This document shows, in pieces, positions 15,026-28,700 of a DNA stretch of 64,000 bases. The stretch lies in NCBI RefSeq assembly GCF_009914755.1, contig NC_060927.1; one strand, written 5' to 3'. The notes under the pieces are model-generated. The model had not been told where the DNA came from, made no database searches, and was given only the letters and a program-made list of their open reading frames with translations. This DNA comes from the human T2T-CHM13v2.0 reference genome, Homo sapiens. The first letter of the stretch is position 1. Every line of letters begins with the position of its first letter. A program made the position numbers and the translations under genes.

Positions 15026-17291
15026 ATGAAATATCAAAGTTCACAAACTATATATTATATACTGTACATAAAATATCAAAGTACCCAAGGTATATATTCT
15101 ATACTGTACAAAAAATATCAAAGTATCCAAAGCATGTATTATATAGTGTATATAAAATATGAAAGTACATCAAATATATATTTTATTCTGTACATAAAAT
15201 ATCAAAGTACACCAGATATATATTCTATAGTGTACATAAAATATCAAAGTACCCAAACTATACATTATATACTGTACATAAAATATGAAATTACAGCAAA
15301 TATATATTATATTAGGTACATAAAATATGAAAGTACATCAAATATAGATTATATACTCTACATTAAATACCAAAGTACCCCAAATATATATTTTATACTG
15401 TACATGAAATATCAAAGTTCACAAACTATATATTATATACTGTACATAAAATATCAATGTACCCAAGGTATATATTCTATACTGCACAAAAAATATCAAA
15501 GTACCCAAAGCATGTATTATATACTGTATATAAAATATGAAAGTACATCAAATATATATTTTATTCTGTACATAAAATATCAAAGTACACCAGATATATA
15601 TTCTATAGTGTACATAAAATATCAAAGTACCCAAACTATACATTATATACTGTACATAAAATATGAAATTACATCAAATATATATTATATTAGGTACATA
15701 AAATACGAAAGTACATCAAATATAGATTATATACTGTACATAAAATATGAATCTACCCCAATATATATTATATACTCTACATGAAATATCAAAGTTTACA
15801 AACTATATATTATGTACTGTACATAAAATATCAAACTACCCAAGGTATATATTCTATACTGTACAAAAAATATCAAAGTACCCAAAGCATGTATTATATA
15901 ATGTACATAAAATATGAAAGTACATCAAATATATATTTTATTCTGTACATAAAATATCAAAGAACACCAGATATATATTCTATAGTGTACATAAAATATC
16001 AAAGTACCCAAACTATACATTATATACTGTACATAAAATATGAAATTACATCAAATATATATTATATTAGGTACATAAAATATGAAAGTACATCAAATAT
16101 AGATTATATACTGTAAATATAATATCAATGTACCCCAAATATATATTTTATACTCTACATGAAATATCAAAGTTCACAAACCATATATTATATACTGTAC
16201 ATAAAATATCAAAGTACCCAAGGTATATATTCTATACTGTACAAAAAATATCAAAGTACCCAAAGCATGTATTATATACTATACCTAAAATATGAAAGTA
16301 CATCAAATATATATTTTATTCTGTACATAAAATATCAAAGTACACCAGATATATATTCTACAGTGTACATAAAATATCAAAGTACCCAAACTATACATTA
16401 TATACTGTACATAAAATATGAAATTACATCAAATATATATTATATTAGGTACATAAAATACGAAAGTACATCAAATATAGATTATATACTGTACATAAAA
16501 TATCAAAGTACCCCAATATATATTATATACTGTACATGAAATATCAAAGTTCACAAACTATATATTATGTACTGTACATAAAATATCAAAGTACCCAAGG
16601 TATATATTCTATACTGTACAAAAAATATCAAAGTACCCAAAGCATGTATTATATAATGTACATAAAATATGAAAGTACATCAAATATATATTTTATTCTG
16701 TACATAAAATATGAAAGTACACCAGATATATATTCTATAGCGTACATAAAATATCAAAGTACACAAACTATACATTATATACTGTACATAAAATATGAAA
16801 TTACATCAAATATATATTATATTAGGTAAATGAAATATGAAAGTACATCAAATATAGATTATATACTGTACATAAAATATGAAAGTACCCCAAATATATA
16901 TTATATACTCTACATGAAATATCAAAGTTCACAAACTATATATTATATACTGTACATAAAATATCAAAGTACCCAAGGTATATATTCTATACTGTACAAA
17001 AAATATCAAAGTATCCAAAGCATGTATTATATACTGTATATAAAATATGAAAGTACATCAAATATATATTTTATTCTGTACATAAAATATCAAAGTACAC
17101 CAGATATATATTCTATAGCGTACATAAAATATCAAAGTACACAAACTATACATTATATACTGTACATAAAATATGAAATTACATCAAATATATATTATAT
17201 TAGGTACATAAAATATGAAAGTACATCAAATATAGATTATATACTGTAAATATAATATCAATGTACCCCAAATATATATTTTATACTCTAC

Positions 17292-17669
17292 ATGAAATAT
17301 CAAAGTTCACAAACCATATATTATATACTGTACATAAAATATCAAAGTACCCAAGGTATATATTCTATACTGTACAAAAAATATCAAAGTACCCAAAGCA
17401 TGTATTATATACTGTACATAAAATATGAAAGTACATCAAATATATATTTTATTCTGTACATAAAATATCAAAGTACACCAGATATATATTCTATAGTGTA
17501 CATAAAATATCAAAGTACCCAAACTATACATTATATACTGTACATAAAATATGAAATTACATCAAATATATATTATATTAGGTAAATGAAATATGAAAGT
17601 ACATCAAATATAGATTATATACTGTACATAAAATATGAAAGTACCCCAAATATATATTATATACTCTAC
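17292..17669 (+). repeat. Representative canonical 378-bp unit (monomers 1-9)
   Basis: Starts at ATGAAATATCAAAGTTCACAAA and the next such start is at 17670. The nine monomers are distinguishable by their cores: m1 GTTCACAAAC, m2 CCCAAGGT, m3 CCCAAAGCATG, m4 CATCAAAT..TTTTATTC, m5 CACCAGAT, m6 CCCAAACTATAC, m7 GAAATTAC..TTAGG, m8 ATAGATT, m9 CCCCAAAT. Confidence 0.95.
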
Positions 17670-18960
17670 ATGAAATATCAAAGTTCACAAACTATATATT
17701 ATATACTGTACATAAAATATCAAAGTACCCAAGGTATATATTCTATACTGTACAAAAAATATCAAAGTATCCAAAGCATGTATTATATACTGTATATAAA
17801 ATATGAAAGTACATCAAATATATATTTTATTCTGTACATAAAATATCAAAGTACACCAGATATATATTCTATAGTGTACATAAAATATCAAAGTACCCAA
17901 ACTATACATTATATACTGTACATAAAATATGAAATTACAGCAAATATATATTATATTAGGTACATAAAATATGAAAGTACATCAAATATAGATTATATAC
18001 TCTACATTAAATACCAAAGTACCCCAAATATATATTTTATACTGTACATGAAATATCAAAGTTCACAAACTATATATTATATACTGTACATAAAATATCA
18101 ATGTACCCAAGGTATATATTCTATACTGCACAAAAAATATCAAAGTACCCAAAGCATGTATTATATACTGTATATAAAATATGAAAGTACATCAAATATA
18201 TATTTTATTCTGTACATAAAATATCAAAGTACACCAGATATATATTCTATAGTGTACATAAAATATCAAAGTACCCAAACTATACATTATATACTGTACA
18301 TAAAATATGAAATTACATCAAATATATATTATATTAGGTACATTAAATACGAAAGTACATCAAATATAGATTATATACTGTACATAAAATATGAAAGTAC
18401 CCCAATATATATTATATACTCTACATGAAATATCAAAGTTCACAAACTATATATTATGTACTGTACATAAAATATCAAACTACCCAAGGTATATATTCTA
18501 TACTGTACAAAAAATATCAAAGTACCCAAAGCATGTATTATATAATGTACATAAAATATGAAAGTACATCAAATATATATTTTATTCTGTACATAAAATA
18601 TCAAAGAACACCAGATATATATTCTATAGTGTACATAAAATATCAAAGTACCCAAACTATACATTATATACTGTACATAAAATATGAAATTACATCATAT
18701 ATATATTAGGTACATAAAATATGAAAGTACATCAAATATATATTTTATTCTGTACATAAAATATCAAAGTACACCAGATATATATTCTATAGTGTACATA
18801 AAATAACAAAGTACACAAACTATAAATTATATACTGTACATAAAATATGAAATTACATCAAATATATATTAGGTACATAATATATGAAAGTACATCAAAT
18901 ATAGATTATATACTGTACATATAATATCAATGTACCCGAAATATATATTTTATACTCTAC

Positions 18961-21900
18961 ATGAAATATCAAAGTTCACAAACCATATATTGTATACTGC
19001 ACATAAAATATCAAAATACACAAGGTATATATTCTATACTGTACAAAAAATATCAAAGTACCCAAAGCAGGTATTATATACTGTATATAAAATATGAAAG
19101 TACATCAAATATATATTTTATTCTGTACATAAAATATCAAAGTACCCCAGATATATATTCTATAGTGTACATAAAATATCAAGGTACCCAAACTATATAT
19201 TATATACTGTACATAAAATATGAAATTACAGCAAATATATATTATATTAGGTACATAAAATATGAAAGTACATCAAATATAGATTATATACTGTACATTA
19301 AATACCAAAGTACCCCAAATATATATTTTATACTGTACATGAAATATCAAAGTTCACAAACTATATATTATATACTGTACATAAAATATCAATGTACCCA
19401 AGGTATATATTCTATACTGCACAAAAAATATCAAAGTACCCAAAGCATGTATTATATACTGTATATAAAATATGAAAGTACATCAAATATATATTTTATT
19501 CTGTACATAAAATATCAAAGTACACCAGATATATATTCTATAGTGTACATAAAATATCAAAGTACCCAAACTATACATTATATACTGTACATAAATATGA
19601 AATTACATCAAATATATATTATATTAGGTACATAAAATATGAAAGTACATGAAGTATAGATTATATACTGTACATAAAATATGAAAGTACCCCAAATTTA
19701 TATTATATACTATACATGAAATATCAAAGTTCACAAACTATATATTATATACTGTACATAAAATATCAAAGTACCCAAGGTATATATTCTATAGTGTACA
19801 AAAAATATCAAAGTACCCAAAGCATGTATTATATACCGTACATAAAATATAAAATTACATCAAATATATATTTTATTCTGTACATAAAATATCAAAGTAC
19901 ACCAGATATATATACTATAGTGTACATAAAATATCAAAGTACCCAAACTATACATTATACACTGTACATAAAATATGAAATTACATCAAATATATATTAG
20001 GTACATAAAATATGAAAGTACATCAAATATAGATTATATACTGTAAATATAATATCAATGTACCCCAAATATATATTTTATACTCTACATGAAATATCAA
20101 AGTTCACAAACCATATATTATATACTGTACATAAAATATCAAAGTACCCAAGGTATATATTCTATACTGTGCAAAAAATATCAAAGTACCCAAAGCATGT
20201 ATTATATACTGTATATAAAATATGAAAGTACATCAAATATATATTTTATTCTGTACATAAAATGTCAAAGTACACCAGATATATATTCTATAGTGTACAT
20301 AAAATATCAAAGTACCCAAACTATACATTATATACTGTACATAAAATATGAAATTACATCAAATATATATTAAGTACATAAAATATGAAAGTACATCAAA
20401 TATAGATTATATAGTGTACATAAAATATCAATGTACACCAAATATATATTATATACTCTACATGAAATATCAAAGTTCACAAACTATATATTATATACTG
20501 TCCATAAAATATCAAAGTACCCAAGGTATATATTTTATACTGTACAAAAAATATCAAAGTACCCAAAGCATGTATTATATAATGTACCTAAAATATGAAA
20601 GTACATCAAATATATATTTTATTCTGTACATAAAATATCAAAGTACACCAGATATATATTCTACAGTGTATATAAAATATCAAAGTACACAAACTATACA
20701 TTATATACTGTACATAAAATATGAAATTACATCAAATATATATTATATTAGGTACATAAAATATGAAAGTACATGAAGTATAGATTATATACTGTACATA
20801 AAATATCAAAGTACCCCAAATTTATATTATATACTATACATGAAATATCAAAGTTCACAAACTATATATTATATACTGTACATAAAATATCAAAGTACCC
20901 AAGGTATATATTCTATAGTGTACAAAAAACATCAAAGTACCCAAAGCATGTATTATATACCGTACGTAAAATATAAAATTACATCAAATATATATTTTAT
21001 TCTCTACATAAAATATCAAAGTACACCAGATATATATACTATAGTGTACATAAAATATCAAAGTACACAAACTATACATTATACACTGTACATAAAATAT
21101 GAAATTACATCAAATATATATTATATTAGGTACAGAAAATATGAAAGTACATCAAATATAGATTATATACTGTAAATATAATATCAATGTACCCCAAATA
21201 TATATTTTATACTCTACATGAAATATCAAAGTTCACAAACCATATAATATATACTGTACATAAAATATCAAAGTACCCAAGGTATATATTCTATACTGTA
21301 CAAAAAATATCAAAGTACCCAAAGCATGTATTATATACTGTACATAAAATATGAAAGTACATCAAATATATATTTTATTCTGTACACAAAATATCAAAGT
21401 ACACCAGATATATATTCTATAGTGTACATAAAATATCAAAGTACCCAAACTATACATTATATACTGTACATAAAATATGAAATTACATCAAATATATATT
21501 ATATTAGGTAAATGAAATATGAAAGTACATCAAATATAGATTATATACTGTACATAAAATATCAAAGTACCCCAAATATATATTATATACTCTACATGAA
21601 ATATCAAAGTTCGCAAACTATATATTATATACTGTACATAAAATATCAAAGTACCCAAGGTATATATTCTATACTGTACAAAAAATATCAAAGTATCCAA
21701 AGCATGTATTATATACTGTATATAAAATATGAAAGTACATCAAATATATATTTTATTCTGTACATAAAATATCAAAGTACACCAGATATATATTCTATAG
21801 TGTACATAAAATATCAAAGTACCCAAACTATACATTATATACTGTACATAAAATATGAAATTACAGCAAATATATATTATATTAGGTACATAAAATATGA

Positions 21901-24900
21901 AAGTACATCAAATATAGACTATATACTCTACATTAAATACCAAAGTACCCCAAATATATATTTTATACTGTACATGGAATATCAAAGTTCACAAACTATA
22001 TATTATATACTGTACATAAAATATCAATGTACCCAAGGTATATATTCTATACTGCACAAAAAATATCAAAGTACCCAAAGCATGTATTATATACTGTATA
22101 TAAAATATGAAAGTACATCAAATATATATTTTATTCTGTACATAAAATATCAAAGTACACCAGATATATATTCTATAGTGTACATAAAATATCAAAGTAC
22201 CCAAACTATACATTATATACTGTACATAAAATATGAAATTACATCAAATATATATTATATTAGGTACATAAAATACGAAAGTACATCAAATATAGATTAT
22301 ATACTGTACATAAAATATCAATGTACACCAAATATATATTATATACTCTACATGAAATATCAAAGTTCACAAACTATATATTATATACTGTACATAAAAT
22401 ATCAAAGTACCCAAGGTATATATTCTATAGTGTACAAAAAATATCAAAGTACCCAAAGCATGTATTATATACCGTACGTAAAATATAAAATTACATCAAA
22501 TATATATTTTATTCTGTACATAAAATATCAAAGTACACCAGATATATATACTATAGTGTACATAAAATATCAAAGTACCCAAACTATACATTATACACTG
22601 CACATAAAATATGAAATTACATCAAATATATATTAGGTACATAAAATATGAAAGTACATCAAATATAGATTATATACTGTAAATATAATATCAATGTACC
22701 CCAAATATATATTTTATACTCTACATGAAATATCAAAGTTCACAAACCATATATTATATACTGTACATAAAATATCAAAGTACCCAAGGTATATATTCTA
22801 TACTGTACAAAAAATATCAAAGTACCCAAAGCATGTATTATATACTATACCTAAAATATGAAAGTACATCAAATATATATTTTATTCTGTACATAAAATA
22901 TCAAAGTACACCAGATATATATTCTATAGTGTACATAAAATAACAAAGTACACAAACTATAAATTATATCCTGTACATAAAATATGAAATTACATCAAAT
23001 ATATATTAGGTACATAAAATATGAAAGTACATCAAATATAGATTATATACTGTACATTAAGTACCAAAGTACACCAAATATATATTTTATTCTGTACATA
23101 AAATATCAAAGTACACCAGATATATATTCTATAGTGTACATAAAATATCAAAGTACCCAAACTATACATTATATACTGTACATAAAATATGAAATTACAG
23201 CAAATATATATTATATTAGGTAAATGAAATATGAAAGTACATCAAATATAGATTATATATTGTACATAAAATATGAAAGTACCCCAAATATATATTATAT
23301 ACTCTACATGAAATATCAAAGTTCACAAACTATATATTATATACTGTACATAAAATATCAAAGTACCCAAGGTATATATTCTATACTGTACAAAAAATAT
23401 CAAAGTATCCAAAGCATGTATTATATACTGTATATAAAATATGAAAGTACATCAAATATATATTTTATTCTGTACATAAAATATCAAAGTACACCAGATA
23501 TATATTCTATAGTGTACATAAAATATCAAAGTACCCAAACTATACATTATATACTGTACATAAAATATGAAATTACAGCAAATATATATTATATTAGGTA
23601 CATAAAATATGAAAGTACATCAAATATAGATTATATACTCTACATTAAATACCAAAGTACCCCAAATATATATTTTATACTGTACATGAAATATCAAAGT
23701 TCACAAACTATATATTATATACTGTACATAAAATATCAATGTACCCAAGGTATATATTCTATACTGCACAAAAAATATCAAAGTACCCAAAGCATGTATT
23801 ATATACTGTATATAAAATATGAAAGTACATCAAATATATATTTTATTCTGTACATAAAATATCAAAGTACACCAGATATATATTCTATAGTGTACATAAA
23901 ATATCAAAGTACCCAAACTATACATTATATACTGTACATAAAATATGAAATTACATCAAATATATATTATATTAGGTACATAAAATACGAAAGTACATCA
24001 AATATAGATTATATACTGTACATAAAATATGAAAGTACCCCAATATATATTATATACTCTACATGAAATATCAAAGTTTACAAACTATATATTATGTACT
24101 GTACATAAAATATCAAACTACCCAAGGTATATATTCTATACTGTACAAAAAATATCAAAGTACCCAAAGCATGTATTATATACTGTACATAAAATATGAA
24201 AGTACATCAAATATATATTTTATTCTGTACATAAAATATCAAAGTACACCAGATATATATTCTATAGTGTACATAAAATATCAAAGTACCCAAACTATAC
24301 ATTATATACTGTACATAAAATATGAAATTACATCAAATATATATTATATTAGGTAAATGAAATATGAAAGTACATCAAATATAGATTATATACTGTACAT
24401 AAAATATGAAAGTACCCCAAATATATATTATATACTCTACATGAAATATCAAAGTTCACAAACTATATATTATATACTGTACATAAAATATCAAAGTACC
24501 CAAGGTATATATTCTATACTGTACAAAAAATATCAAAGTATCCAAAGCATGTATTATATACTGTATATAAAATATGAAAGTACATCAAATATATATTTTA
24601 TTCTGTACATAAAATATCAAAGAACACCAGATATATATTCTATAGTGTACATAAAATATCAAAGTACCCAAACTATACATTATATACTGTACATAAAATA
24701 TGAAATTACAGCAAATATATATTATATTAGGTACATAAAATATGAAAGTACATCAAATATAGATTATATACTGTACATTAAATACCAAAGTACCCCAAAT
24801 ATATATTTTATACTGTACATGAAATATCAAAGTTCACAAACTATATATTATATACTGTACATAAAGTATCAATGTACCCAAGGTATATATTCTATACTGC

Positions 24901-25731
24901 ACAAAAAATATCAAAGTACCCAAAGCATGTATTATATACTGTATATAAAATATGAAAGTACATCAAATATATATTTTATTCTGTACATAAAATATCAAAG
25001 TACACCAGATATATATTCTATAGTGTACATAAAATATCAAAGTACCCAAACTATACATTATATACTGTACATAAAATATGAAATTACATCAAATATATAT
25101 TATATTAGGTACATAAAATACGAAAGTACATCAAATATAGATTATATACTGTACATAAAATATGAAAGTACCCCAATATATATTATATACTCTACATGAA
25201 ATATCAAAGTTCACAAACTATATATTATGTACTGTACATAAAATATCAAAGTACCCAAGGTATATATTCTATACTGTACAAAAAATATCAAAGTACCCAA
25301 AGCATGTATTATATAATGTACATAAAATATGAAAGTACATCAAATATATATTTTATTCTGTACATAAAATATCAAAGAACACCAGATATATATTCTATAG
25401 TGTACATAAAATATCAAAGTACCCAAACTATACATTATATACTGTACATAAAATATGAAATTACATCATATATATATTAGGTACATAAAATATGAAAGTA
25501 CATCAAATATATATTTTATTCTGTACATAAAATATCAAAGTACACCAGATATATATTCTATAGTGTACATAAAATAACAAAGTACACAAACTATAAAATA
25601 TATACTGTACATAAAATATGAAATTACATCAAATATATATTAGGTACATAAAATATGAAAGTACATCAAATATAGATTATATACTGTACATATAATATCA
25701 ATGTACCCGAAATATATATTTTATACTCTAC
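18961..25731 (+). repeat. Third-level repeat, copy B (6,771 bp, internally rearranged)
   Basis: Offset to copy A is 6770 until about 20840, then 8282 (22725 vs 14443; 24063 vs 15781), then 6771 (24357 vs 17586). Confidence 0.85.
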
Positions 25732-28700
25732 ATGAAATATCAAAGTTCACAAACCATATATTGTATACTGCACATAAAATATCAAAATACACAAGGTATA
25801 TATTCTATACTGTACAAAAAATATCAAAGTACCCAAAGCAGGTATTATATACTGTATATAAAATATGAAAGTACATCAAATATATATTTTATTCTGTACA
25901 TAAAATATCAAAGTACACCAGATATATATTCTATAGTGTACATAAAATATCAAGGTACCCAAACTATATATTATATACTGTACATAAAATATGAAATTAC
26001 AGCAAATATATATTATATTAGGTACATAAAATATGAAAGTACATCAAATATAGATTATATACTGTACATTAAATACCAAAGTACCCCAAATATATATTTT
26101 ATACTGTACATGAAATATCAAAGTTCACAAACTATATATTATATACTGTACATAAAATATCAATGTACCCAAGGTATATATTCTATACTGCACAAAAAAT
26201 ATCAAAGTACCCAAAGCATGTATTATATACTGTATATAAAATATGAAAGTACATCAAATATATATTTTATTCTGTACATAAAATATCAAAATACACCAGA
26301 TATATATTCTATAGTGTACATAAAATATCAAAGTACCCAAACTATACATTATATACTGTACATAAATATGAAATTACATCAAATATATATTATATTAGGT
26401 ACATAAAATATGAAAGTACATGAAGTATAGATTATATACTGTAGATAAAATATCAAAGTACCCCAAATTTATATTATATACTATACATGAAATATCAAAG
26501 TTCACAAACTATATATTATATACTGTACATAAAATATCAAAGTACCCAAGGTATATATTCTATAGTGTACAAAAAATATCAAAGTACCCAAAGCATGTAT
26601 TATATACCGTACATAAAATATAAAATTACATCAAATATATATTTTATTCTGTACATAAAATATCAAAGTACACCAGATATATATACTATAGTGTACATAA
26701 AATATCAAAGTACCCAAACTATACATTATACACTGTACATAAAATATGAAATTACATCAAATATATATTAGGTACATAAAATATGAAAGTACATCAAATA
26801 TAGATTATATACTGTAAATATAATATCAATGTACCCCAAATATATATTTTATACTCTACATGAAATATCAAAGTTCACAAACCATATATTATATACTGTA
26901 CATAAAATATCAAAGTACCCAAGGTATATATTCTATACTGTGCAAAAAATATCAAAGTACCCAAAGCATGTATTATATACTGTATATAAAATATGAAAGT
27001 ACATCAAATATATATTTTATTCTGTACATAAAATGTCAAAGTACACCAGATATATATTCTATAGTGTACATAAAATATCAAAGTACCCAAACTATACATT
27101 ATATACTGTACATAAAATATGAAATTACATCAAATATATATTAAGTACATAAAATATGAAAGTACATCAAATATAGATTATATAGTGTACATAAAATATC
27201 AATGTACACCAAATATATATTATATACTCTACATGAAATATCAAAGTTCACAAACTATATATTATATACTGTCCATAAAATATCAAAGTACCCAAGGTAT
27301 ATATTTTATACTGTACAAAAAATATCAAAGTACCCAAAGCATGTATTATATACTATACCTAAAATATGAAAGTACATCAAATATATATTTTATTCTGTAC
27401 ATAAAATATCAAAGTACACCAGATATATATTCTACAGTGTATATAAAATATCAAAGTACCCAAACTATACATTATATACTGTACATAAAATATGAAATTA
27501 CATCAAATATATATTATATTAGGTACATAAAATATGAAAGTACATGAAGTATAGATTATATACTGTACATAAAATATCAAAGTACCCCAAATTTATATTA
27601 TATACTATACATGAAATATCAAAGTTCACAAACTATATATTATATACTGTACATAAAATATCAAAGTACCCAAGGTATATATTCTATAGTGTACAAAAAA
27701 TATCAAAGTACCCAAAGCATGTATTATATACCGTATGTAAAATATAAAATTACATCAAATATATATTTTATTCTGTACATAAAATATCAAAGTACACCAG
27801 ATATATATACTATAGTGTACATAAAATAACAAAGTACCCAAACTATACATTATACACTGCACATAAAATATGAAATTACATCAAATATATATTAGGTACA
27901 TAAAATATGAAAGTACATCAAATATAGATTATATACTGTAAATATAATATCAATGTACCCCAAATATATATTTTATACTCTACATGAAATATCAAAGTTC
28001 ACAAACCATATATTATATACTGTACATAAAATATCAAAGTACCCAAGGTATATATTCTATACTGTACAAAAAATATCAAAGTACCCAAAGCATGTATTAT
28101 ATACTGTACATAAAATATGAAAGTACATCAAATATATATTTTATTCTGTACATAAAATATCAAAGTACACCAGATATATATTCTATAGTGTACATAAAAT
28201 AACAAAGTACACAAACTATAAATTATATCCTGTACATAAAATATGAAATTACATCAAATATATATTAGGTACATAAAATATGAAAGTACATCAAATATAG
28301 ATTATATACTGTACATTAAGTACCAAAGTACACCAAATATATATTTTATTCTGTACATAAAATATCAAAGTACACCAGATATATATTCTATAGTGTACAT
28401 AAAATATCAAAGTACCCAAACTATACATTATATACTGTACATAAAATATGAAATTACAGCAAATATATATTATATTAGGTAAATGAAATATGAAAGTACA
28501 TCAAATATAGATTATATACTGTACATAAAATATGAAAGTACCCCAAATATATATTATATACTCTACATGAAATATCAAAGTTCACAAACTATATATTATA
28601 TACTGTACATAAAATATCAAAGTACCCAAGGTATATATTCTATACTGTACAAAAAATATCAAAGTATCCAAAGCATGTATTATATAGTGTATATAAAATA

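Larger units (their letters stand above)
12191..18960 (+). repeat. Third-level repeat, copy A (6,770 bp; 17 units, 162 monomers)
   Basis: The marker unit (TTGTATACTGCAC / CAAAATAC / AAGCAGG) recurs at 12191 and 18961. Unit lengths 378,377,373,373,378,373,583,378,377,378,377,378,378,378,378,377,536 sum to 6770. The periodicity extends upstream to about 9766 (ORF 10060 vs 16830). Confidence 0.9.

Noticed and set aside
15751-15756. Unique double substitution AAGTAC to ATCTAC that keeps Ser in the ORF frame
   Set aside because: A single observation. It is compatible with a multinucleotide mutation or a sequencing error and is not evidence for coding constraint.
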